Assembly: GCA_963666365.2 (NCBI GenBank)
Contig: CAXXNF010000002.1
Coordinates: forward strand, 608,001 to 672,000
DNA length: 64,000 nt
Reading direction: 5' to 3'
Source: Syntrophales bacterium
GTDB lineage: Bacteria; Desulfobacterota; Syntrophia; Syntrophales; UBA2210
The translations under genes and the position numbers were made by a program. This document shows, in pieces, positions 1 to 8,784 of the stretch (positions within the stretch are counted from its first letter, which is position 1; each line of letters starts with the position of its first letter). The notes under the pieces were generated by a model. It saw nothing but the letters and a program-made list of their open reading frames with translations, made no database searches and was not told where the DNA came from.

Positions 1-62
1 AAGGGACTTAAAATCCCTCGGTCCTTGCGACTGTGAGGGTTCGATTCCCTCCCCAGGTACCA
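1..62 (+). tRNA. tRNA-Leu(TAA), 3' part (5' end lies outside the window)
   Basis: Anticodon arm AGGGA-CTTAAAA-TCCCT (2-18, anticodon TAA 9-11), long variable arm, T arm GAGGG-TTCGATT-CCCTC (35-51), acceptor strand CCCAGGT, discriminator A59, encoded CCA 60-62. Confidence 0.93.
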
Positions 63-77
63 TAAAATCAAGGGGTT
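5..77 (+). repeat. attL direct repeat
   Basis: 5-55 is identical to 8785-8835 and 60-77 is identical to 8836-8853; identity starts at the anticodon loop. Confidence 0.93.
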
Positions 78-1159
78 ACGGCTTTTAGGGTTGTAACCCT
101 TTTTATTGGAATTGGCCGATTGTAACCATTTTGTAACTGTCCAGATTGTCTTTCTCTGAATTCTTGCCTCTTTCTAGCGGCTTCCTTCAGGTCGTCCTGT
201 GAAACGATGTTGTATCGATCAAATACACTTCGAGTCTTATGACCAGAGATTTCCATCACGACACGTTCAGGTATACCCGCTCTCACCATGTTCCTGATGG
301 AGCTTCTCCTCAAATCATGGAAAAGGAGATCCGGCATGCCAATGGTGGTGCAGGCTGTCTCCCATGCCTTACGAAAATCAACCAATTGTTTTCCCTTATG
401 GTGGAAGACATAGAGACAATCCATGCGCCGCTTTTTATATAGTTTCTTCACCATTTCCAGCAACTCAGGTTCCATGTAGAGCGTTCGGCCTTCTGTATTT
501 TTCGTCTCTCCCGGTTCAAGCCTTACAGTTCCTTCACGCAAGTCAACCTGACTCCACTTCAGATTGATTATTTCCCCCTTTCTCCAGCCTGTAAAGTAAC
601 CAAATGTAAGGACAGTCCTAAGATGCACAGGGAGCTCTTTCATGAGGGCCAGATATGCTTCATACTCTATAAACCCTTTCCTAACATTGTTTTCCTTTAG
701 CATCGGGATATAGGGCACCTGTGCTACTTTGGGAGGCGTACATCGGGCAGCCAAGTTAAAAGCCCTCTTGAGAGCGGCCAATTCCCTGTTGATTGTGGCA
801 TTCGATTTTCCTTGGACCAATCTGTTCTCAATATACTTTTTGATTAATGTTGATGTGATCTCCGGTGCTCTCATGCCACCAAAATACTCTTTGAGATATC
901 TGGTACACCGCTTCGCCTTCTCCAGTGTCCTCTTTCTATTGACTCTGTAATCGGTGAGGTAATCATCCATTATCTCATCAAAAGTTATTTTATCAAAAAC
1001 GATCCCAGGCATTTTACCGGTAGAAATCTCACCTTCTCTGAGCTTTAATAAGTGTTTAGCAACTTCCTGTTTGTTACTATGACTCGATTCGGCATAGGCC
1101 TTGCCGTTCCTGTAATACTTGACCCAGTAGGTATTTCCTCGCCTGTAAATACATCCCAT
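68..1159 (-). CDS. int: Tyrosine recombinase / phage integrase (363 aa)
   Basis: TGWRKGE (catalytic R), FHDLRR (HxxR), GHKT...RY motifs; N-terminal arm-binding-like GCIYRRG...YWVKY; GAAAGGAG RBS 9 nt before ATG at 1159. Confidence 0.95.
   Translation of the reverse strand: MGCIYRRGNTYWVKYYRNGKAYAESSHSNKQEVAKHLLKLREGEISTGKMPGIVFDKITFDEIMDDYLTDYRVNRKRTLEKAKRCTRYLKEYFGGMRAPEITSTLIKKYIENRLVQGKSNATINRELAALKRAFNLAARCTPPKVAQVPYIPMLKENNVRKGFIEYEAYLALMKELPVHLRTVLTFGYFTGWRKGEIINLKWSQVDLREGTVRLEPGETKNTEGRTLYMEPELLEMVKKLYKKRRMDCLYVFHHKGKQLVDFRKAWETACTTIGMPDLLFHDLRRSSIRNMVRAGIPERVVMEISGHKTRSVFDRYNIVSQDDLKEAARKRQEFRERQSGQLQNGYNRPIPIKRVTTLKAVTP
72..104 (+). terminator. Intrinsic terminator after the tRNA (overlaps integrase 3' end)
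   Basis: GGGTTAC(73-79)...GTAACCC(93-99) stem followed by a T run. Confidence 0.6.
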
Positions 1160-1160
1160 C

Positions 1161-1373
1161 TTAGTCATCTCCTTTCTCGGGATGGTTTCGCTTGACCAGC
1201 TGAAGGTCATAGCCAAGGTAATCGGCAATCTGTTCTAGCTTTTTCAGGGAGATTGATGTTTCCCCCTGGAAAAACTTTGACAATTGGCCCTGATCAATCC
1301 CTAGATCCTTCCAGAGCCTATATGCCGTGACCTTTTCCCTATTCATGATGTCTTTCAGGCGATTCCCCATCAT
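1161..1373 (-). CDS. XRE/Cro-C1 family HTH regulator (~70 aa)
   Basis: TAYRLWKDLGIDQGQLSKFFQGETSISLKKLEQIADYLG is a typical XRE HTH; start placed at the ATG 6 nt below a -10 box. Confidence 0.85.
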   Translation of the reverse strand: MMGNRLKDIMNREKVTAYRLWKDLGIDQGQLSKFFQGETSISLKKLEQIADYLGYDLQLVKRNHPEKGDD

Positions 1374-1379
1374 GAAAGC

Positions 1380-1413
1380 ATCATAATGTATGCTTGAATA
1401 ATCATCAAGCATA
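1380..1413 (-). promoter_or_regulatory. Sigma70 promoter with overlapping operator for the xre-int operon
   Basis: Minus strand TTGATG (1408-1403), 17 nt spacer, TATGAT (1385-1380), 6 nt, ATG; 9-bp perfect inverted repeat TATGCTTGA-N7-TCAAGCATA at 1389-1413. Confidence 0.7.
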
Positions 1414-1416
1414 AAA

Positions 1417-1662
1417 TCACACATACGCTGCTTTGTGGTTGCTGATATATTTATCGAGATCCACAATATCGAAATATATCTTTCTTCCTTCTTCTTCTTT
1501 GACAACCGGAATTTTGTGAGACCATGCCAGATTTCTCATGCTCCACTCAGACCGTCCCAGGTATACCGCCGCTTCTTTCAGTGTAAAAAGCCGCTTCCTC
1601 AGGGGACTGTCTATCCCTCGTGCCTTCTGAAACGTTTTGTCTGTAAGGGTTTTCTTGGCCAT
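1417..1662 (-). CDS. Excisionase-like HTH protein (HTH_17/Xis-like, ~81 aa)
   Basis: RLFTLKEAAVYLGRSEWSMRNLAWSHKIPVVK...IYFDIVDLDKYI motif; lies next to the integrase. Confidence 0.85.
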   Translation of the reverse strand: MAKKTLTDKTFQKARGIDSPLRKRLFTLKEAAVYLGRSEWSMRNLAWSHKIPVVKEEEGRKIYFDIVDLDKYISNHKAAYV

Positions 1663-1711
1663 GTAACTAAATTGTAACTGCAAAGTGTCATAGTTCTTTT
1701 TTTACTTGCCT

Positions 1712-1855
1712 TCAATTCTTCTGCATAATGCTCTCAATCGGTACGAAATGAGGATCATTAATCCTGAACGATATACTTACCATCTTGCGAAACTTTTCCA
1801 GCTCTCGTATGCCTCTATAGACCCCTGCCAGAGCAAAATAGGGGTGTCTTTTCAT
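1712..1855 (-). CDS. Small hypothetical protein, 47 aa (absent from ORF track)
   Basis: MKRHPYFALAGVYRGIRELEKFRKMV...; ATGA overlap with the stop of the upstream 74-aa ORF. Confidence 0.45.
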   Translation of the reverse strand: MKRHPYFALAGVYRGIRELEKFRKMVSISFRINDPHFVPIESIMQKN

Positions 1856-2076
1856 TCCGTTTCTACGTCACGGTACGGCATCCATGACCATAGGGGACAA
1901 TCCTTGATCTGACAGCTGCATCTACCATCGGCATAATACCCCATACATTCGTAGCATTTTGCAATAATCGTTTGTCCACTTTGAAGGCTTTCACCATTCA
2001 GATGTTTCAGCAGCTCGCTTCTCCCCCGTGCCTTGAGTCCAAATTTTTTTATTTCTGTCACTCTGGATTGATCCAT
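1852..2076 (-). CDS. Small Cys-rich, probably Zn-binding hypothetical protein
   Basis: CYECMG...CSCQIKDCPLW; purine-rich RBS; same strand as island operon. Confidence 0.7.
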   Translation of the reverse strand: MDQSRVTEIKKFGLKARGRSELLKHLNGESLQSGQTIIAKCYECMGYYADGRCSCQIKDCPLWSWMPYRDVETE

Positions 2077-2099
2077 CTTTCTCTTCTTTCCCTTGGAGG

Positions 2100-2225
2100 T
2101 AACTTCATTTTATGAAACCCATAACTTCAATTTATGAAATGAATAGTCAATCTGAGTGAGTTTCATTTCACATTTTGAAGTTGTAGGGGTGTTTTTAACC
2201 CCTTTTTCATTTCACATTTTGAAGT
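2100..2225. repeat. Iteron-like array (candidate replication origin)
   Basis: TAACTTCAWTTTATGAAA at 2100-2117 and 2122-2139; TTTCATTTCACATTTTGAAGT at 2161-2181 and 2205-2225 (inverted relatives of the first pair). Confidence 0.75.
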
Positions 2226-2291
2226 CTATTCTATATATAGCCATATCTTCCTATTTATTTATCGATGCCACTAGGCATCTCTATTGAGTGT

Positions 2292-2651
2292 TTACCCCTT
2301 GTCACAAAAACTCTCCCATCTAAGGGAGAGTTTAAACCTGTTATACCCCTTTCCATGACCTCGAAGCCCGCCCCTTTCAATTATGTCTAAGAAGCCCATT
2401 TTTCTTAAGTCTCTCTGTACCTTTGAGAAGGTTGCTGGTGAGAAGCCCAGTCTCTTTGCTTCGGGGTATGAAAAAGTGAACTCAGTGGAGCATCTTTCTA
2501 TATCTTTCCACGGCATCTTGACCTTCCCTATGAAATAAGGGAGCGCCTTCGCAGCAGACGGTGGTAACTGTTTGTACGCCTCACTGTTTAACAAATCCCA
2601 TGTCAACGGAACAAACGGTGGAAGTTTGTTCCCGCTCTTTTTTCTCGCCAT
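2292..2651 (-). CDS. Winged-helix DNA-binding protein resembling the N-terminus of phage replication initiators
   Basis: FVPLTWDLLNSEAYKQL..SA, FTFSY..A..LGFSPATFSK...DL...GFLDIIERG wHTH pattern; adjacent to the repeat array. Confidence 0.65.
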   Translation of the reverse strand: MARKKSGNKLPPFVPLTWDLLNSEAYKQLPPSAAKALPYFIGKVKMPWKDIERCSTEFTFSYPEAKRLGFSPATFSKVQRDLRKMGFLDIIERGGLRGHGKGYNRFKLSLRWESFCDKG

Positions 2652-2672
2652 TTCCGTTCCCGATCATCGTTC

Positions 2673-2942
2673 TCATTTAGGCTTCCTATATTCCGGGTCT
2701 TCGTTACTTCGTCTAATCGCCTTCATAGTAAATATTTGTCCCCTTATGGACTTCAGGATTCTCACATAATCCATTATCCCAACGGTGTGGTTCTGATAAA
2801 AAGCTTCTATGTCGGCTGCAATATCACCTTCGATTTCAAAAATAATTCTTCCGGACTGATTTCTCAGGGGGGTGATAGTGTGCCCACGAAGGGCAAGATA
2901 GGCTACGATTGTAGCATCTTCGAATTCCGTTCTCTTATCCAT
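2673..2942 (-). CDS. Small hypothetical protein, DUF5659-like
   Basis: AYLALRG...GRIIFEIE...IEAFY pattern recalled from DUF5659 mobile-element proteins; AGGGAG RBS. Confidence 0.55.
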   Translation of the reverse strand: MDKRTEFEDATIVAYLALRGHTITPLRNQSGRIIFEIEGDIAADIEAFYQNHTVGIMDYVRILKSIRGQIFTMKAIRRSNEDPEYRKPK

Positions 2943-3716
2943 CTGACATTCTCCCTTTCTCTAGATGGCAGAAGGATATCAAACAATGTAAAAAGGTTCT
3001 TAGGACATTTACTGCTGGGTAAAAGTCAGAAATGCTGGAGAGAGTCTACTCAGGTTTGAGCTTTTTGAGCGCTTTGGTGCTGAGGGCTGGGGGATAGACT
3101 TTGGCTTTGAGTTCTTCTAGCAATATACGCTTACTTTCCCATGTTAATTCGTCCACCATAGGCCTTATCTGATTTAGGATGCTTCGATCCTTTAAGGTTT
3201 CGAACATTTTCATAAGATCCAGCTCGACAATGTTCTTATGAATCAGTGACATTAAAAAGGCGATGTAGTAGAATTTTTGATCAGTATAGCGCCTTCCCAC
3301 TGGTCCAGTTTGTCCTTGCTGTAATACATATCGTCGGAACTTATCAATTCCCTTAAATAAACTTGTAAGTGTAAGTTGCTTCCCTTTCGATTCCAATCCC
3401 TTAAAGATATTTAATTTTCGCTTGGGGTCAAACAGAAGTATCACTGCTTTGGGATGCTTTAAATTATCGTATTCAAAGGTATCCATAAATTGCTCGGTCA
3501 AACAAATGATTTGTTCTAATGCCCAATAGACAGCCTTGTCTATATCTTCTTTTACGCCTTTATGTGAATTCGGGTTTTCTCTCAGTTCACGATAAGTTCT
3601 TTGAATAGCAAAATAAAAATCAGCTCCATCCGCCGATACCTTGAACTTCTTTAAAATTGTCTCTGGTCTGAGGATAATATCTTCTACAGCTAAAAATGTT
3701 TTAATATTTTTACCTA

Positions 3717-4939
3717 GTACCATGTAACATAATATATTTCGTATTTATGGAAAATATGATATACTGGCGGCAATCCAACAAAGGAGGTTGCTATGTCGCC
3801 AAGATATCGAGTAACCCTTACCAAAGAAGAGCGTAGAGAGCTTGAGGCAATGACACACAAAGGAAAGACCCATGCCAGAAAATTCATCCATGCTCGTGCG
3901 TTGCTGTTGTGCGACGCCGGCGCTGACGGTTCTGCATGGAACGTTTCCGATGTCGCAGAGGCGCTTGGGGTGTCGAGCCGTTCGATTGAACATCTCAAGA
4001 AGCGGTTTGTGGAAGAAGGGCTTGAAGCCGCACTCGCACGCAGAGCACGGGAAAAACCTCCGCGCGACATCATCTTTGACGGCGCCTTTGAGGCGCGACT
4101 GGTTGCACTTGCCTGCTCGGATGCCCCGGAAGGGCGTCGGCGCTGGACGGTTAGATTGCTTGCCGACAAAGCCGTTGAGCTTGGCATTGCCGAATCCGTA
4201 TCGCATATGACGGTGCAGCGGGTGTTAAAAAAAACGAATTTAAGCCTCACATCAGAAAGTACTGGAAAATCCCTCCCGAAGGGAACGCAGCCTTTGTAGC
4301 GTGCATGGAAGATGTGCTGGAGATATATCATATGCCTTATGATCCCGCGTATCCGGTAGTATGCATGGATGAATCCTGCAAGCAGCTTGTCGGCGAAGTG
4401 CGAGAGCCCATGCCGTGCGTGCCGGGAAGACCGGCGCGCACAGATGACGAGTATGTCAGAAACGGGGTAGTGGAAATATTTATGGAAGTAGAGCCTCTCG
4501 CTGGCAGACGACATGTGGCAATCACGGAACATCGCACCGGAAAGGATTGGGCGATGCAGATCAAGCAGATGCTCGATGAACGCTATTCCGGCGCTGTCAA
4601 GGTGCGCTTGGTCATGGATAATCTGAATACCCATAGGATTGCCTCACTCTACGAAACATTCGAACCCGGTGAAGCCCGGCGTTTGGCGGAACGGCTAGAA
4701 ATCCATTACACGCCCAAACATGGCAGTTGGCTCAATATGGCAGAGATCGAATTCAGCGCCCTGAAAGGACAATGCCTTGATCGCCGGATTCCTGATATAA
4801 CAACCATGCGGGCTGAAGTAGCCGCATGGGAAAAAGACCGAAACAACAGTGCGAAGAACATTGTATGGCAATTTACTACCCCAGACGCTCGGATTAAATT
4901 GAAGCGTCTTTATCCGAAGGTATAAAGGTTACATGGTAC
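3717..4939 (+). mobile_element. IS630-family insertion sequence
   Basis: Terminal IR GTACCATGTAAC (3717-3728) / GTTACATGGTAC (4928-4939); TA duplication 3715-3716 and 4940-4941 in a CTAG target. Confidence 0.95.
3793..4925 (+). CDS. IS630 transposase in two frames, -1 shift at A8 (4227-4234)
   Basis: HTH ORF 3793-4299 plus DDE ORF (MDE, MDNLNTH, SWLNMAEIE); the -1 frame continues KKNEFKPHIRKYW. Confidence 0.92.
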
Positions 4940-5724
4940 TAGTCCCCGGTTGCCACCTCTACCTTGTGTTTGATTAATGTTTTTTTTCCTTGGAATAGTA
5001 AATGTCTCTGATGCCTCCTGGATTTCCAAATATATCTGCTCGCTTGATTTGTCGTCAGTGTAAATGCATTGCCATAGCGGAAAATAAATAACGTCTGGAT
5101 AATTTGACACGAATTCCTGAAATGCCATTTTTATATTGTTCTCTGAGGTCGGCATAGTATGCGGTTTGTTCAGTAAGCCGTCGATTAATTCAGCAAGGTC
5201 ATCACTATTGGGTATGGATCTTTTTTTCATGTATTTAATCGTGATGCGTTCACAGCAGGTGTATTTAATTAATTCAAATCAAAACAGCATGTCGAAAATT
5301 CGAGTCATGGATGGTAGCACGAACGTCTTAAATTTTAGCAGCATATAGTCTGAGTGAAAAGTTATTTTTGGGGATATTGCTATGTGTGTGTAAATTTGCG
5401 AAATGCTCCCATGGCGACTTTTGTCAGCAAATCGAAAATTGTTGAATAAAAATATGTTATATTGGGCAGTATTGAATCATTTCTTGATATGCAATGATCG
5501 TCTATACCTATAGAGCCCTATTTGCATCGAACATTTTTTTAGAGGTAAGCTACTTTCCCTATATACTGTGGGTGACGCTCTCAAGTACTCCATTCAGCCT
5601 TTTATAAAGGCCCTCTACTTCTTACTAGATGCTCAACCAGAAAAGCTATTATTTTTCCTAAGCTGGTGCCATTAAGTGCATTTTCAAATCTCCCAATTTT
5701 CCCAGGCAATTAAAGTTAACCTCA

Positions 5725-5976
5725 TTAGCGGCGAACGTGCTGAACCCCCCAAAAGATGCCAAAGACAACCAAGAAAACTCCAAATCCTAACAATAAAGCA
5801 TTTACTTCCCATATTCCTACTACGTTGTCTGATTCAAAACTACTGCTTAACATACTTCGTCCTCCTGACACTATCTGGGTGATACTACTGGCGACAACAA
5901 AAGAGCCAACACCACAAAACGAAGCAGAGGTAAGAATGAAGTGTTTTTGAAATATGTTGTAAAGTTTAGATAACAT
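5725..5976 (-). CDS. Small two-TM membrane protein
   Basis: Two hydrophobic stretches; AAGGAGG RBS. Confidence 0.6.
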   Translation of the reverse strand: MLSKLYNIFQKHFILTSASFCGVGSFVVASSITQIVSGGRSMLSSSFESDNVVGIWEVNALLLGFGVFLVVFGIFWGVQHVRR

Positions 5977-6050
5977 AGCCTTGAATACCTCCTTTTAGTT
6001 CTTACGTGTCGATGAGTCCAATGAATTGAGTGGTTAGTTTACGTTAAACA

Positions 6051-6947
6051 TCATTCTGATTCCTGCAATTCTTTCGGATGCCTCAAAGCACGAATACCAT
6101 TGCGAAGGATCCCAACTCCTGGAGCTAACGACAGAAAAAGAAGAAAACTTCCAAGACCCATCTTACGCCATAACCAATCTCCAATACTATCACTCCCAGT
6201 CCCTTTAATACGACTTTTTGACGGATCATCCGGAAGATATTCAACTTCTATCGCGTAGGGTTGCTGAAGGTCTCGTAATTCCCTAGGCAAAGGCCCAAAC
6301 CACGACCCTGAGCGTTTGGTAAATTGTCGGCCATCAGAAAAAGTGTAAGTGTATATAAAACCATGATGCCAATGTACTCGTCCATGATCGTCATTATCAA
6401 CATCTTCCCAAGTTTCTGTGATGAAGCCTGGAGTGATTTGCGCATGGCGAATTAGGGCTAGTTCAGTAAGTGGATTCCCACATATCCCATGCCACAGAAA
6501 TAATGCTGTGAGAATCCAACCAATGCCCCATAGAATCTTTTTAAATGCGTAACCGCGTTCATTTGTTAATTTTATGTTTTCCCCAAAATATCCACCAAAG
6601 ATACATGGAAGGAGCTCAATGCAATGCACTAATATAACATGGTTAATTTCTTTGGAAAGATGCGCTCCTACCATTAATGCTCCGATGCACATGAATAGTT
6701 GTAGTGCTATTAATGTGCCACCTAGTAGCATTCCACTTTTTTTGTAAATTCGTCCAGCAACAAAACCTGAAATAAATCCCAAAAAGATTATATATATTAT
6801 ATTGGGAATACTAATGGGCATATGGATTCCCGTTACTTTATGTCCATATATAAAATCTATGATTGCCTCTATAGGCAAAGCTAATAAAGCGCCAAGAAAG
6901 AACCCGCCAACAAGTGCTAGAATAAATCTGATTACATCCTTAGCCAT
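6051..6947 (-). CDS. Multi-pass membrane protein with C-terminal DUF3592-like domain
   Basis: Several TM segments, then ...YTYTFSDG...IEVEYLPDDPSKSRI and a final TM. Confidence 0.65.
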   Translation of the reverse strand: MAKDVIRFILALVGGFFLGALLALPIEAIIDFIYGHKVTGIHMPISIPNIIYIIFLGFISGFVAGRIYKKSGMLLGGTLIALQLFMCIGALMVGAHLSKEINHVILVHCIELLPCIFGGYFGENIKLTNERGYAFKKILWGIGWILTALFLWHGICGNPLTELALIRHAQITPGFITETWEDVDNDDHGRVHWHHGFIYTYTFSDGRQFTKRSGSWFGPLPRELRDLQQPYAIEVEYLPDDPSKSRIKGTGSDSIGDWLWRKMGLGSFLLFLSLAPGVGILRNGIRALRHPKELQESE

Positions 6948-6967
6948 CGGAATTTATCCCCCCCTTT

Positions 6968-7345
6968 TTATCCCTGGAACCTGAGTTTTGAAAATCTGTT
7001 GAGAAGAATCAGCAGTTTATCCAAATCAACAGGCTTTATGATGTAATAGAAAGCCCCCGCCTCCATTGCTTCAACAGCACGTTCAATTGTTCCATAGGCA
7101 GATATAATTACTATGTTCATCTCAGGCTTGATTTTCTTTATTTCCTTGAGGACCTCCATCCCGTCCATGCCCGGCATTTTGTAATCAAGAAGGACAACAT
7201 CAAAGTGTTCGCTCCTGACACACTGAATAGCTTTTATCCCGTTTTCTGCCTCGCCAACCCGGTACCCCTCACGGATAAGAAAGTCCTTGAGTAAATAACG
7301 TTGCGACTCCCAATCCTCAATGATCAGTATATCAGGTCTGTTCAT
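6968..7345 (-). CDS. Stand-alone response-regulator receiver domain
   Basis: ILIIED, VLLDYKMPGMDG (phospho-Asp), SAYG and KP motifs; no output domain. Confidence 0.92.
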   Translation of the reverse strand: MNRPDILIIEDWESQRYLLKDFLIREGYRVGEAENGIKAIQCVRSEHFDVVLLDYKMPGMDGMEVLKEIKKIKPEMNIVIISAYGTIERAVEAMEAGAFYYIIKPVDLDKLLILLNRFSKLRFQG

Positions 7346-7839
7346 TCTTACTGCCTTTTGCTATTCCGCCACATTTGAACCGACAAATTTGTCGAAGTCC
7401 TGTCAATCAAGAAAAACAACATAACAAACTTAAATCATTGTAATATTGGAGGTGATAGAGTGGGAATGGGCGACATTTATTGCCGGGGCTATTGTACGTT
7501 CAAATTCTGCAACACTTGGTTTTATCAAAGATATCGGCAATCATATGATGCGTATTCCTTTCTCCCAGTCATTACAAGCAAATAGTATGCTAATCTAGCA
7601 ATTATCAACACTCACGAGTCGGCTGGAGGCGCTTGTTAGTGTCCAGAATCAACGACCAAGTCAGGATATCTTGTCAAGGAATATTGCGGTGAGACTTTCT
7701 AAGGGTAATAATCAGTTCTTTCATGAAACTATTTTGAGGACTTGTAACTGATTTTATCAATCAATATTTTTTCTGATAATATCCGACAATTCAAATCTGA
7801 GCTAATGCAAAATGCTCAGCATGCTGCACTTATAATACA

Positions 7840-8298
7840 TTATTCTTTGCAATCGTTTGGCTCGGTCGGAATATCTATAATACCCCCAAAATGTTTTCTT
7901 GCGAGCTCCACAATGATTGGAGGTATAATATTTTCTTGCCTGTTGATTATATTAACCACAGTCTGGCTCGCCATCGGGGTATTCATGATTCCTGCGCTCT
8001 CAAGCACTTTCTGGCTTGCCTTGTAGGACAATTCCCGCCTCTTGTGATCTTTATCGGGAATGTTTTTCATCTCCTTCACAAGGCTCTTTATGTTCTCCAC
8101 GGCATCGGGGACAACCTCAAGGAGATTCCGGGTTTCCTCTGCTATTAGTCTTTGAACATCCTCTTTCCGGGAAAAACGACTTATTGTGGTATGACACATA
8201 CTCATACTCCTCGCGATGCTTCCCTGAGTTTCCCCTGTGGCCAAACGTTTTGCAATCTCCCGTTTGATATGAGGGGGATTAAGTTTTGATGTTCTCAT
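7840..8298 (-). CDS. HTH protein, terminase small subunit-like
   Basis: N-terminal HTH (GETQGSIARSMSMCHTTISRF), helical middle, short C-terminal beta strand QTVVNIIN; GGAGG RBS. Confidence 0.5.
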   Translation of the reverse strand: MRTSKLNPPHIKREIAKRLATGETQGSIARSMSMCHTTISRFSRKEDVQRLIAEETRNLLEVVPDAVENIKSLVKEMKNIPDKDHKRRELSYKASQKVLESAGIMNTPMASQTVVNIINRQENIIPPIIVELARKHFGGIIDIPTEPNDCKE

Positions 8299-8784
8299 AG
8301 TGCCTCCGACTCTATAAGTATAGATAATTTAGCATGTTATATACTAAGAGTAAAGAACTTATGCACAGTGCTAGAACTTGCTACTAAATTTACAGACAAC
8401 CAATGATGGCCGTAGACACCCCCAATAGTGCCATTTGAGCAAGTTAAAATTCAACTTTGATATAAAGATACCAATATAAGATATTAATTCTCTGGAACGG
8501 CCTGTACGCATACTTCTAGAGGCTAAGATGGGGTTGTTTGCGATCCATCCTTACATGCCTAGCGGAAACAATTTAGGTCCTTGTGTGTTGAACGGGAATC
8601 CTACAGGTACCCCTTGCCACATGCACAATCCGCTCCCCCCCCTCCATCACAGAATTGTAACTAAAATGTAACCGTCCTATCCAAAAATAACCGAACAAAA
8701 CCGAAGTTAAACAAAAATATAACTTGTAAGGTGCCGATATATAAAGAATTAAATTTGATGGAGAATCACCTATTTTCATTTATC

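Larger units (their letters stand above)
3046..5230 (-). pseudogene. Orphan gene (~319 aa) interrupted by IS630
   Basis: Removing the IS and one TA joins ORF 4910-5230 (...GNRGL) in frame to ORF 3046-3723 (GKNIKTF...). Confidence 0.85.

Noticed and set aside
3714..4634. 306-aa minus-strand ORF
   Set aside because: Antisense shadow of the IS630 transposase with no recognisable motifs.
5231..5720. AT-rich gap inside the island
   Set aside because: No convincing ORF, repeat or RNA structure seen.
7575..7593. Possible sigma54 promoter (TAGCAT-N5-TTGCT, minus strand) for the receiver gene
   Set aside because: Lacks the conserved GG at -24.
8560..8650. C-run region upstream of the TerS-like gene as a cos/pac site
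   Set aside because: No defined symmetry or consensus I can support.
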